A stretch of 58,557 nt of DNA, filler included, from Platydemus manokwari (lineage: Eukaryota): assembly GCA_037951405.1 (NCBI GenBank). It is 5 parts of 5 records of this genome, joined end to end, with 100 filler letters (N's around TTAATTAATTAA, not from the genome) between each part and the next. Parts side by side here need not be neighbours in the genome. Positions count along the whole stretch, not along the records: positions 35,008 to 46,445 come from JBBMOY010671097.1; positions 46,546 to 58,557 come from JBBMOY010347781.1; 3 more parts are not named here. One strand, written 5' to 3'. Below are positions 40,845 through 54,196 of this stretch, one piece after another. The notes under the pieces were generated by a model. The model was not told the origin of the DNA. It did not search any database and was given only the letters and a program-made list of their open reading frames with translations. A program made the position numbers and the translations under genes. Every line of letters begins with the position of its first letter. Position 1 is the first letter of the stretch.

Positions 40845-43800
40845 ATGGTTGGTTTTCAAGTTAATTTATTATTTTTTTGTTATATTATTTTTAATTATTT
40901 TAGAAAGTTCCATGCAAATATAGTCCGGGAGATAAAATATTTGCTAAAGTTAAAGGATTCGTTTACTGGCCAGCTAGAGTAATATTTATTATAATGAATG
41001 TCAATTTTTTATAATTTATAAATTAAAGGTTAATCCACTTCCTGCTGATATTGCAATACCACCAAATAAAATTCCCATCTTTTTTTATGGTACGCATGAA
41101 GTGTTAGTATAATTTATTGTAAAGAGACTTGTATGTATTGGTATTTTATATAGTTATTTTATTTCTCCAACTTCATGTTGGCCATATGATGAGAAAAATA
41201 AATCAAAATGGGGTAAACCAAGATCCAGAGCATATTTTAATCAGGGAATGGATGAAATAGAAAACTATTCTACAATATATCAGTATGGCGTTGTAAGTTA
41301 ATTGTATAGATGGTTAAGTATGTGTGATAAATAAATCTAGGATCCCCTTGCAGAAAATTTTCTTTCACAATTTTATGAATTTACGAAATCTAACGGACAA
41401 AATTCTACACCAACGCTGTTGAAGAATGAACAATCAGTTGTTGATGATAATAATGATGATGATCATGACGAAGAAAAAGAAGTGATTAAAAAGCCTTCAA
41501 AAAAACGAAACAAGTCAGGTTCGTCAGCGAGCATAAAAGAAAATAAAATTTCATCAAAGTCTGGAGCAATGATTGAATTGAGCTCTTCGGAAATAAAATT
41601 GGAAAATATTACCGAAGTAAAAGATGAAACTAGTTCTATGTCGAGAAAACGTCGCATTTCTGAATCAGCATTGAGTTCTAAAGAAAATAAAAGCAATGAC
41701 GGTGGAGAGAATTCTGAAGGAAACGTTGAAATGACTACCAGAAAACGACAAATATCGAATTCTAGCAGTGTTGAACCGGCAAAGGTTAATGTTTCTAAAC
41801 CGCGTAAATTATCGAGAAAGAAATCAAAATCTGTTGCCAAGGAAGAGGTAAAAAAGGAGAAAGTATTGGATGACAATGAAACGCCTTCGTTGGATTTCTC
41901 TTCGATTCCGTATACCGAGATTGATATGAAGAGTGAAACCATGGAAATAGAAAAGAATCCTTTAGATAATTCTGTAAAATGTGAACCTGTTAATATAGAA
42001 AACAGTTTCCAAACGAATAATTCGATAGAACAACATTGTGATGAAATCATTGATTTGAAGCCAACAACACGTTGTCGAACCAAATCATCCACAACAATAA
42101 CAACAACAACGAAATTATCAAATAATTTATCTCATATCTCTACTGATGATATTGATAATAAAAATTTATCAGATCATGATAGCGAATCACCATCAGTTGA
42201 TTCTGATAATTTGGCTGATGAAGATTTCCGTCCAGCAACGAAAGTCAAACGAATCACTAAAAAACCCAAACAACAAAAACCAGCCAAATTATCGGCTAAA
42301 AAAACCGTGAATAAATCTTCAAGAAAACCATCCAAATCAAAGGGTGCGTCCAAAAAGAAAATTGATATAAATATCAATTCTGATGATTCATTGAGTAGCA
42401 TTTCTTCAGTTGAAGATTTCAAAACAAAAATTGATAATCAGAAGAAAGAATATGAAGAGAAATTGAAATCAATACAATTGCAACAATTAGAAATGGAAGA
42501 AATCATTGTTAAAGAAGCAAGTAAAAGGACAAAAGCTAAAAGAATGTCAGATTCATTAGTGAATGTGGATAATATTGATGATGTGAAGGAGAAATTGGAT
42601 GAAATAATGCCTCAGCAACAAGAACCGCAACAACAACAAGAGCAACAACAATTATTATCGATAGAAACAATTAATGATAATAATAATGATTGTAAATTAG
42701 AAAAAGAAATTGTTGTTAATATTTATAAAACAGATATCATTGAAGATAATGATAAAATAATTGATCACGATAAAACAATGAATGAAATTATAGAATTAAA
42801 AATAGAAGAAAATCTCAATAAAAAGGAGAATTGTGATGTAGGTTTAGATAAATTAAAACAAACAGACACATCATGTCATACAGATGCAATAGTTATTGAA
42901 AATGTGATTGATTTGACAAATATACAAGCAGATATTGATAAAGATCATATTGTTAAAGATGATGATGATGATCAAATCATTAGCATATCTCATCATAATA
43001 AAACCCAAGAAATTATTCCAATTCAAGAAAATAATGATAATATTATTGATATTTCGATATCTGATCATAATAATCATGATCAAGATGAAATAATAACCGA
43101 AGATTTGACACTTAGTATCGATTTAGATAAAACCACATCGAAAAATGACGAAGAAAAAATTAAAAAAGCTAAAATCAATCTTAAAGATACAAAATCCAAT
43201 AAAACATCGAAAAAGCCTGTTAATCGAAAAAGAAATCGAAAAATAGCTTTAACAATATCTTCTGATTCTGAAATCGAAGAAAATGATATTAAACAAAAGG
43301 ATTTGGAACCGAAATTAAAGAGAACGAAAATTATTGAAAAAAATACTGAATATGATGATAATAATAAAAAAGAAATGAAAATTGTTGATAAACATTGTTT
43401 AGAAAAATTACAAAATTATAATACTGATATTCGATCGAGTCTTGTATTAGGTCATGAAGATTATAAAATATGTTTAGAAAGATTTAAATCACTTTGTGAA
43501 ATGGATATCGATCTGTTATCATTAGTAAAGGTGTGGCAATTAATGGATACTGTTAAAAAGGTATATAAAATCTGTATGTAAAACAATCAATGAATAATAT
43601 TATTTTTTTATTAGTGTCGAAGATATAAACGAAATGAACAAATCAAACAAGAAGCTCAAGCAGTCTACAAACGATTTATGGATATTTATTCTCGAGCTAC
43701 AAAGGAAGAGGTGTGATAAAATATTTTATTGATATATATAAATATTATTGATTAATTATATAAATATGTATAAATTTGTTTGTGTGTCTTTAGATAAATT

Positions 43801-44681
43801 CAGCACAATCTTTATTAATGCATTATCGACATCAAAATAATATCCAAAATCAAAATGTTGGAAATGAGTTCAATAAAACAAATGGAAATACGGCACACAT
43901 TCCAATATCTGTTGCTGATATGTTTCAAAACAAAATCTCTTCGCAAAATGAATCAAATCCATCTAAAAACAATCGTCCAACCAATATCAAAGAAGATACA
44001 AATACTGTCAAATCTTCCATATCTCCAACCAACATCGAGGAGATATCAAAATCGCGATTAAATCTCACTGAAGATGAAATTAATGAAGAAAAAATGCGAT
44101 TACTATCAGTGGATCTTGAAGCAAAAGTCAGTGATATTCTCAATAAAATTGAGAAAAATGTTGATCTAAATCCAATAAATCAAAGAAGTTTATCTCATTT
44201 ATTACCATCATCTCATATTGATACTGCTGTTATCAAATTACCAACCCAATGGAAAACAGTTAACAGTGATAAATCGATTGAAAAAGATAAAGATTTGGAT
44301 GAAGAAATCAGTGATGAAGAAGATGTTGAAGCAGTTGTTAGACGTATCGAAGAAGTAGCAATTGAATTAACGGAAGGAGAAAAATCAAATTTATCAACAA
44401 ACAATGTCAATTCAAGTGCTCTCGATGTCAGAATAGAAAATCTCATTAATAGTTCCTTTATATCTGCAAAAGAATCACGTCCGAGAAAATCACGAAACTC
44501 GTCACGACATAAAAACTCGAAAACCTTAAGTCCAGTTAGAACACAATATTCGAAAACAGTTCAACAACCAGAAACTGAACCACATGGGTCAAACAGTGAT
44601 TTGCCAATCACAGCTGCTGTTACAGTAGAATCAGATGAACAAAAAGATGACATTGAAATTTACGATTTGTTGGGTGTATAA
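40845..44681 (+). CDS. PWWP plus LEDGF integrase-binding-domain chromatin reader (LEDGF/PSIP1-HDGFRP2 family), ~1165 aa
   Basis: Exons 40845..40847 (or ..40859), 40904..40978, 41029..41102, 41154..41292, 41341..43560, 43615..43710 and 43794..44681. HDGF-type PWWP: YSPGDKIFAKVKGFVYWPARV...IPIFFYGTHE...WGKP...FNQGMDEIEN. IBD-like: LQNYNTDIRSSL...DYKICL...MDTVKKCRRYK...AQAVYKRF. The start exon is uncertain. Confidence 0.9.
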
Positions 44682-46445
44682 TCGAAATGGTTATTAATTG
44701 GTATGTTTATTATTTGAGTCTAGATTTTGATTGCTGTTGTTTTCTGAAATATATTGATCGAGTACTAATTTACTTTATTATTTATTACTTTTAATTACGC
44801 AATATCTCTATATACAATTATTATCAAATAATTTAGATATCAATTAATAATTTTTATCAATAAAATATAATTAATTTAATTTTTTATAATTCAATTAATT
44901 AATTATTTTTCATTTATTTAGGCTTTCACTAAGAATTAACCAATTTCTCTCATCAGGTTATTTACAAATTCATTGTTTATTGATACGTAATCGTTCATTT
45001 ATTGAAGATAATGTGTTTACAGCCTGTATATGTTGTTCTTAGAAGCTTTACAATCAATGAATTCATTGCGCAATGTTTAGATTTCATGAAATCCCTCAAC
45101 AGGAATTTACCAGTTTTATGCTGTGTTTGGAGATCTTATTTCAAAATTGTAAAGCATTACATGTAAAATATTTACTATTTTCAATACATATTTTATCTAT
45201 TCAATCTATTTTATCCACCACAACATTAATGATCAACATGAAACATAATTATTAAATCTCAAACTTTATCAAGAGTGTTACAATTTTTCAATGGTCATGG
45301 ATCATTTTATCTTCATTTACAATGGGTTGGAAAATTAAATGATTCCAATAATTGAAAAATTGATAACAATTGTTATGGTTTCTTTGATGAACAATGTGGA
45401 TAATTATCACGACTTGTTTGCTAATAGATATTTAAATTAACAAATATTACTAAAATGTATTAATGAATTAAACTGTATCTAAAAATCACCAATACATTGA
45501 TATTGTGTTATCAAATCAATATTTCCAACAAATGATAATAAACATGTCTTTCAACATTATAAGCAATACGTAGATTATTCGATGAGAAAATCTATATTTT
45601 GAAAAATTTGTACTAGCTATCAAATAAAAAAACGAAAAGAACAAATGGTGCAAGTTCCCATGTTCAGGTACGAATATATATATATGTATGGTAAACGTCT
45701 CTATTTACAAAATGTTACACATTATTCGTCTTAATTGTTTTAAATTTAAAAAGATTTTTGAATTATTATCTGGTCAATTTATTTAATGAAAAACATTTAA
45801 AAACTTATTATGGTTATATATGTATATTGATTATAAATTTAGTCATTATGAAGTCTATTTTTCTATCATCATTTCAATGCTTCAAGTTACTCTATGTATT
45901 ATCATTTGAGTATAATATTGATGCAATTTATATTTGCCCAGGGTAATATGAAATTAGTTCGACTTAAAGATATTAGTAATTTGTGGATTTTGATAATATA
46001 TTTAGACAATGTTATGCATTTAACTCATCCACCAAATTATTGGAAAATCAAAATAGTAATTTCTTCAAAATTGGAAGTGATTGTTTTATCGAATATCAAA
46101 TATGTTCTTAAATTCCTAGTTAATCAATTGTAAATGTTTTTCTGAAGTGCGTAGAAATTATAATTTCTTTTGAAACTTTATCCGGATATAAATCGATTAA
46201 ATAACCTGTAGATTATTTTTCAGTTATAATTAGTATTTATATTATAATTAGTTTATTATTTAAAAGATTTTGTAAGAAATAAGATTTTACATAATATTAT
46301 TTAATAGAATTATTATATGTAAATATATTTTGTTGATGTTTGTAATCAATGTTTCACATCTGTCTTATCTGAAGCATAACTACTCAATAAATGCTGCATA
46401 GTTTTGATTGAACAAGTGCTGACCCTAATAGATTTGCGTTTAATA

Positions 46446-46545
46446 NNNNNNNNNNNNNNNNNNNNNNNNNNNNNNNNNNNNNNNNNNNNTTAATTAATTA
46501 ANNNNNNNNNNNNNNNNNNNNNNNNNNNNNNNNNNNNNNNNNNNN
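46446..46545. other. Artificial contig-joining spacer
   Basis: 44N-TTAATTAATTAA-44N. Confidence 0.97.
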
Positions 46546-46697
46546 TTCAATAGAGGAATTTTCATATCAAATCGTCTTACGTCTTATTTTATATTTTCAT
46601 AATAATTTGGTTCATAGAAGTTGATATAGTAAATAATCATTTTCATATCGTATTAAATAGACTGATAATCGAGAGGGTTGATTTGTATTTAAATCAG

Positions 46698-48227
46698 ATC
46701 AATCTTAAGAACTCACCAGTGTTGGGAATACAAACATATAAGTACCAAAACCCAACACCAGTAAAACCATAAAACGGAAATCCAGGTCTATTCCATGAGT
46801 TTATGGCAGATTATTTTCATCTGTCACATGTTTATGGAGTAAGTCAGACTAATATGATAAAGTGATTGCCAATTTATTTAACGGGCATGGCCCGCGAAAA
46901 ATACAATTGCGTAATGGCGAAATTAAAAAACAAAACTTCATGGTGCGACTTCAGACAAGCCTTTGGGGCTATGGTACTTCCAGATGATACTAGACATTTA
47001 TTCCGCCAACGGTTTAATAGACGAAAGCATCAACAAGATGAGCATGTAGGGGAGTTTGCGCATCAACTCACCCTCCTTCCTGAACGAGCAAATGGTAACC
47101 GCACTAAATGGCAATAAGATGCAGTGAAAAATGTAAAGGATCATTTATGGAAGGAATTCCTTCCCCACATCAGAGCAGCACTCAGCTTGCGCATGGGCGA
47201 CAATTTTGACGAACTGGTACAAAAGGCTAGGTTAGTGGAAATCAGTTCAGGTGGAGGAGAAATTATTTGTGCCACATATGAAAACAAAGATAACAAATGG
47301 AAATCTCAGATGAAACCAGATTAGGGGAATCAAAAACCTGACCATGGGAAACAAAAATCGAAATCAGCAGCTATCACATGCACGATATGTGGTAGAAAAA
47401 ATCAAGGATCACGGGAATGGGAAGTCACCACGGACTTAGACAGTAAACGCATAAGATGTCAGAAATGCGGTTTGACAAATCACTACACGAGTGATTGCAA
47501 CCGCGCGAGTCTAAAATTTGACAATTGTGGTCGACGCGGACACTTACAGGAGATTTGCCGGTTAAAGGAAAATGCAATAAAAAGAGGCGAGGTCAATAAT
47601 CAGGGCAAAATCAAATGTTTCAATTGTTAGCAATTCGGACATATAGAACGCATCTGTTCAAAAAAGCAAGAACAGAATACACAGCAAGTACTCATGGCTC
47701 ACGAACCAGAAGGGTATAATACCATGACACGACTCCAGCAGCTCGAATACGAGTACATGGAGGAAAAAAGCAGAATCGAAAGATTGAGGAAACAAGATGA
47801 ATTTTGCGGCATGTTGCGTTCACGAAAATAAAAGGCTCTGGGTAACAGTAAAAGTCAGTACAGACATTGCCTACAGTTGGGCAAACAACACGATATACAG
47901 TTGCAACGTGCAGCGCGTACTCAGGAACGGGAACGTCAATTTTGGGAAACCACCGAAGTTGATCAGACATCATTACATTTCGCATATGGCTTACAGGCAA
48001 GTCAATCGGATCATCATAAAATATACTCCACCGATAGAGATGCATTATTCTGGGTAATGCTCAGACAGACCTTACATACTCAAGGTATCAATCAAGAGAT
48101 TGTAGCCAATCTGCACGAATACGGCACGAGTCTTATAACTCCACAGCAGGATGAGCATCGGATACAGGTTCTCATCTTCAGAGCACAACACTCCAACACT
48201 GCTAATCTAGTTGCATTACACATTTAA
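46698..48227 (+). pseudogene. Ty3/Gypsy-type Gag relic (capsid, four CCHC knuckles, unknown C-terminal extension) with no pol downstream
   Basis: One reading frame: P*NGNP..FHEF, LPIYLTGMARE, SWCDFRQAF, RKHQQDEHVGEFAHQL (capsid MHR-like) and FDELVQKARLVE. Knuckles at 47379..47657: CTICGRKNQGSREW, CQKCGLTNHYTSDC, FDNCGRRGHLQEIC and CFNC*QFGHIERIC. Six internal in-frame stops. Confidence 0.85.
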
Positions 48228-51200
48228 TAATTTTTATTATAATAAAAGTATTTCTATTATCATTCATTGTTTGATTATTTATTTATACTATATTATCGGA
48301 ATTACACGCAGCCTAATATTCTGATTTGGATCAGATCATTGGTGGAATCTCCATTGTTCTGATTTTAATCATATTTATCTAACTTACTGATCGTTCAACG
48401 AGTGATTACTAATTGAATTATCTCTAAATCATCACACCAAATACTACTTAGCACAGGCTAGTGGGATCCTATCAGTGTTGTAGTATTGATGTATAATGTA
48501 GTATTAAAATCGGTATGACATTTTATTGTATTGTATCTGTGTCATTGTATCATTGTCGTTGTAATAAAATCTATAACCAACCCGCTTTGATTATTGATCC
48601 ATCTCTAGAAATAATAAGATCATTCTCGATAAAGTTGTCATCGATTGTCATTCCATCATCTTTTGGTATCAGACTGATAATATTGATCTCAAAAAACTAC
48701 ATAGTAAAGGTGTCCAAATCACGAGTGAGGGAAATTATACAAAAAGTTGAAAATTAGTAAAATCCAAATAATAAAGAAATACAAATTAATCAAATTTTCA
48801 TTTTCCATTCAAACAAGTAAAATTTTTAATTTAACCTCCATAATTTTTAAAAATAATTCTTTCTTTACATTATCTCCGCTTTTATTTTTGACTTCATGAG
48901 ATTTTCGTGATGAATAATATAGAACACTCGATTCATTCATCTGAAGGGTCTGAACAATAACGAATTTAACTATTGTATTTTTAAAAAAATAATTTGTTCC
49001 CAATGGTTGTGAATTCTATTATTTGATTATTTTGCATTTATAATTTATTCAATATACCGTTTATACCAACCATTTCATATTCCCAACCCTCGCACTTAAA
49101 GAATCAGATTGTGTAAGATTCTGTTCTGATTAACCTATTCTTCCAAAAGTAAGATTATTTACACACATAAATGAATTTTTTTGTGTCTAAATTCAATTAC
49201 GCAATAAACTTTAAATCTAGCCTATCATTGTTTTACATCAGTTCAAGTTGTAGAACAATCATTAAACAACTAATCCAGTAGCGAAAACTTAAGAAAAGGA
49301 CAAATAAAATAAAATGTAACGATAAATGGCTACTGTATTTTAATATTACTTAATTTTTACTCTGAAAAGTAGAAAGTGTCCGATAAAATACTTTGTAGAA
49401 TTTTAAATATATTATTTCAACATCCTCCTATAAATTGTATAATTTTGAAAAAAAATTTTCAAAGAAATTTCATGACTCCGTTGAACATTTGTATATATCA
49501 ACAGAAAAAGTATTTATAATGAATATAATCATTTGAATTAAAAATAAAAATGTAATACATGAAACATAAAATATGAAAGTGATAAAATAAAAAATGAAAA
49601 TCTAAAATAAAAATTTAAACTACTGAAAATAGAAACCAAACTGCACATTGAAAGACAAAGCCATTCATAGGAAATCATTGTAAGTAGCTGAAATGATTTA
49701 TTAAACCAAATATTCATGAAATTAAAAATGATAATATTGATGAGTTTCCATTAATTTATTATATAAATAAATTGAGACACTTACAGTTACAATGAAATTC
49801 ATACAATTATCGCTATTTAAACGCCTCATAAACAGTATATATCCAAGTCATATGCACTTTATTCTTGATTAGATATAAATCCATCGAATATATAGGACGA
49901 AATCACGATTTTCTGGGAAATATTTCTATTATTCAGAAAGAAACGAAACTAACAACTTTTAAAAATTAATCTGAGTTTAATAAAATACGATAATCATTAA
50001 TCAATTGATATAAAAGCAATAAATTAAACTTGGATTTGAGTTTTAAAAATAATTGTTAATTCTACTCGCACACAAATAGAATCACAGACATTCATGAATT
50101 TTTTTTTAGAGGAATAAATATTTATTTCTCTGTGAATCATTTTTAATTCATCTTGGTGCACAGTAACTAGTGTCTTACATTCTGTTAGACCTGAAACAAT
50201 TGTTTGTAGCATCGACATAAAATTCGTAGTTACTGTGTAGAGTTTGAATTATGTAGCATGTACAGACATTATTGATATCGGGGATGGCACTCAAAGTAGC
50301 AAGTTCTGACATGCACTACCCGCTGTATCCTACTCATCGCAGCAATGGCAAATTTGGTGCCAGCTCAGGTTGAGCACGAATTCATGTGCATGTGTCATCA
50401 CTCATAGTACATATCCTCTTACATATGAGATTGAAATGTCATAAACAAGAACGACCATGTTTTATAATCTCTCGGGTTACTGATAATTTATTTTATTGAT
50501 TAGATTTACTCGATGACCATACTCTAACTAAATTGGATGTTGATTATCCATTTTATTACCATAATAACCCATCTATATTAAAATTTCAAAATAATATGAC
50601 TTTAGTTTGTTCATATTATCTAGTTTGTTTTTATTTTTTATACGATTTATATTTATTTAATATATCAAAATAAACAATTTCCACATTTGAATAATTTGAT
50701 TGTTTTGAGAATCTATTTTTCAAATTTTTAAAAATTATTATTTAATATAAATCCAATTTTTTTTAAAGAATCAATATTTTAAAATAATTTTAAAAATAAA
50801 AATAACAAAGATAGATTTCTTTTAATTATCCAATAATTTGATTTAACAACCAGTTTTTAGTGAAATTGAAGTTTGAGTCATTTATAAATAAATAGAAAAC
50901 ATTTTTAGAGGGATTGGCTATGACTAGTTTCATCGGGATGGTCAAATATAGTACACCAGACGGATGTCTTTCAATATGGTGATTTTTACCTTATGGATAA
51001 ATAGAATATAATAAATATAATGCCTTCGAAATTGGATAGACCATTGGATAATTTTTCAAATATGAAATGAAATCGAATATGTCTTCGAACAATTTGTTAA
51101 AAATTGATAACGAGGCATTTATTGATTACGACATTCCTTAATGTTAATTTTCAAAATTACATTTGAATCAAGGAAGCAAATCGTAAATTGAAAATCTCAC

Positions 51201-54196
51201 TGAATTTATTCATATCTTTCAAAACACATTTCGTTTGGCTAGATTTTATCCAACACACCGATTATGTAAACCAAAGAAAAATAAAATTTTTAGAATTGTA
51301 AATTGTAAAATATCGATTGTTTCATGAAAGGAGATTTTAAAATGAATGCTGACATTGATAAAATTCAAAAACCATTCATGAATTTATGTACTTTTATTTT
51401 TAAATCGATTTATTGAATATGAGATTCACAAATTATCGCGTACACTTGGGAACATTAATCAATGAAACACAATTAATTTTAATGGGTCATTTTCTTGAAC
51501 TCAAAAATGAAATTAATGAAGCAATAATAATATTATTTAAGCAAACAAAATTTTAAATGTCTCAAACCACAACACGGATGTGTAATTGTATCAAATATGA
51601 ATAATTTGAGATTTTCAACGATCAATTTATTATGATGAGCATTTGTTAAATATGACTGTCTGCCATACCATTCTATAAATTAATAATTTTCAAATAGCCT
51701 TCTTCGATAGATATTTAGTGGATTTTATGATATAAAATATAATGAAATATTATTGAAGCTGACTTTTTCACTGGGTCTCTTATCTTACTTTGTGAATTTT
51801 CTTTCGATGCATAAAATTAACTCTTAAGTTTTTATCTTGTCATTGATAGGGAAAAATTAAGCGCGTGCGTTGAAATTATATTGATTGACGATATTTCTTA
51901 AACATATTTGGGTCACTAGATCTATAGAAGATGACTGTTAATGTAGAAATGTCGAAAACAATTCAGTCCGAAGATTTTTCAATGCTTCTTTGTTCTTTGA
52001 AATTTTAGCATTTTTGTTTCGTGTTTTGTATTTATAATTATAGTTTTAGGATTTAGATATAATTTCGTTGTATAAATATTTTTCTAAACTCACTCGTACT
52101 AAAATTCTGGTGCACATTAAGTAAAAACAAATACGTCTTCCTGACTAAGATATATTTATACTACAATTTTCACCAAAAATAATGTTGAGGGAACACAATT
52201 CCCAATAAAGTTACGTTAATAATACGAGGACCAAATCCTGATACTTCTTTTGAATACCTGAGCTCAGAATCGACTCCTGGCTAATATCACTTTTACAAAG
52301 TTTTATAAACCAATAAAAAGTTTATTGAAATTTAGAAAAGGAAATTTTTAATAAAATATTGTCAGTGAATTCGTGTAAAAATTTAAGATAGCATTTATCT
52401 TTTCTAGTATCACCTTTATTAATTGTGTTGGTTTGAGCAAAGATTCAGCAGAAAATTCATTCAAATTTCTCAAATAGGCTATTCGTTAAATAATTAGTTA
52501 ATATTTAAATTACTTGTATTGTTTTCGTTGAAATCAACTACAATACAACTGGCGGTATGGTTTTAGATTTATTCTTTCACCTCTTTGATTTCATAAAATC
52601 ATGACTAACATAGCAATCAATTGATCAAAGCAAGAAAAATGTCTACGGAATAAAAACTATTCAACTTTCACATTTCCCAGACGTCAGTGTATTCAACATA
52701 AATAAATGTTCATGAAAACGTTTTAAACGTAAACTCATTAAAAATATCACCCACAACTAGATTTTACAAATATCTATTGATCCATTTTAATAACCAGATT
52801 ATATCATCATTAATTATATTAGATTCATTTATCGAAATAACATTTTATAACCTTTTTTGTTGTTGATAAATGGAAAGAATAATAATAAAATGACCAAAAA
52901 TTATTTCTATATCAGGATAAATACATTATCACTATTATTAAATATTAACCACAATCACTTGATAGATAAAATAAATCAATAAAAGTCAAAAGTCCATATA
53001 AAGCTTATTTTTCTATAAACCACAAAAAAACAATGAACCTGTTTGATCGATCAAATTTCGTTAGCTACTATTTTTGCATAACAAACACACTGATAAGCTA
53101 GTTGACATGTCTTTGTTTAGAAAGCAAAATCAATTTATTGATTATTTACTATTCAGTGATTCGTCATCATCAAACAAAAGCTGCATACCAAAAAAACACT
53201 TGTTAAATGTAAAACGTACCATTTGGCACCATATCGATTCATAGTTTTCTATTCAAACTGAATTCATTTATTGGTTTAGTGAAAAATATTATGAAAATAT
53301 TACGAAAATCAATCACCTGTAATTATAATCAATAAAATTCATTTCATAATTTTCATAAAACGATTGTTTATAAATTACTGGTATTCATCGATATCTTTTT
53401 AACTTCATAATTCTCGATTAACTTTGGAAAGGACTGTAAAAGATATTTATCATTTACGGAAATGTATAGATGTGAAAAAAATTTAGTAAATAAATTTTGT
53501 CAACTTATTTTATAACATTTCGAGAACAGTTGCGAAAACATGATAGTCTGCACATTAACAACATCCTGTTTGTACAAATCGTATTTTTAACATGCTTTTC
53601 TGAATTCAAAGATTGAGATAAAAATTATATTATAATTTAAAATACAATCGGATTTTTAATTTGAACATTATTAGATTACCATAGGATACAATCAATATAT
53701 GATTGATAAATATATCGAAATCGAACGTCAAGATTTATACAATCACAACATTTCCCATTAATGGGTCGTTAAATCCATTGTATTTCGGATTATCTGTGAT
53801 GACATAAACATCTTATTTTTCCAAATTTCTCACACCAAGTTCTGTTTTAATCACTGACGTTTATCAGATTATGTGGTATCTCTTATTGTTAAAATGCTCG
53901 CATACTCACATCATTATGTGCATCTGGTATTAAATACAATGACCATTACCTGATTTGATTACACCATCATATTCTAATTCTGATGACTCAACCCTTTTAT
54001 CCCGATTATTATCAATCAAGACATTGTCATAATAACAATAACTAATTCAAAAATACAAAACATTAATTCCATTAAATAAGAATTGCCTAATATTTCAAAC
54101 GAACCCAAATTGAAATTGTAAAATAAAAAGTCCAAGAAGAAAAATTAAGAAAAATAAATTATTATCTACATGTGTACAAAGTTTTCAATAACAAAA

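Noticed and set aside
41463-44446. Antisense ORFs (41463..42092, 42174..42422, 42871..43083, 43925..44143, 44213..44446)
   Set aside because: Shadow frames of the LEDGF-like coding exons.
44937-44960. Minus-strand CTGATGA-GA-GAAA hammerhead-like core
   Set aside because: No stem II or stem III is possible.
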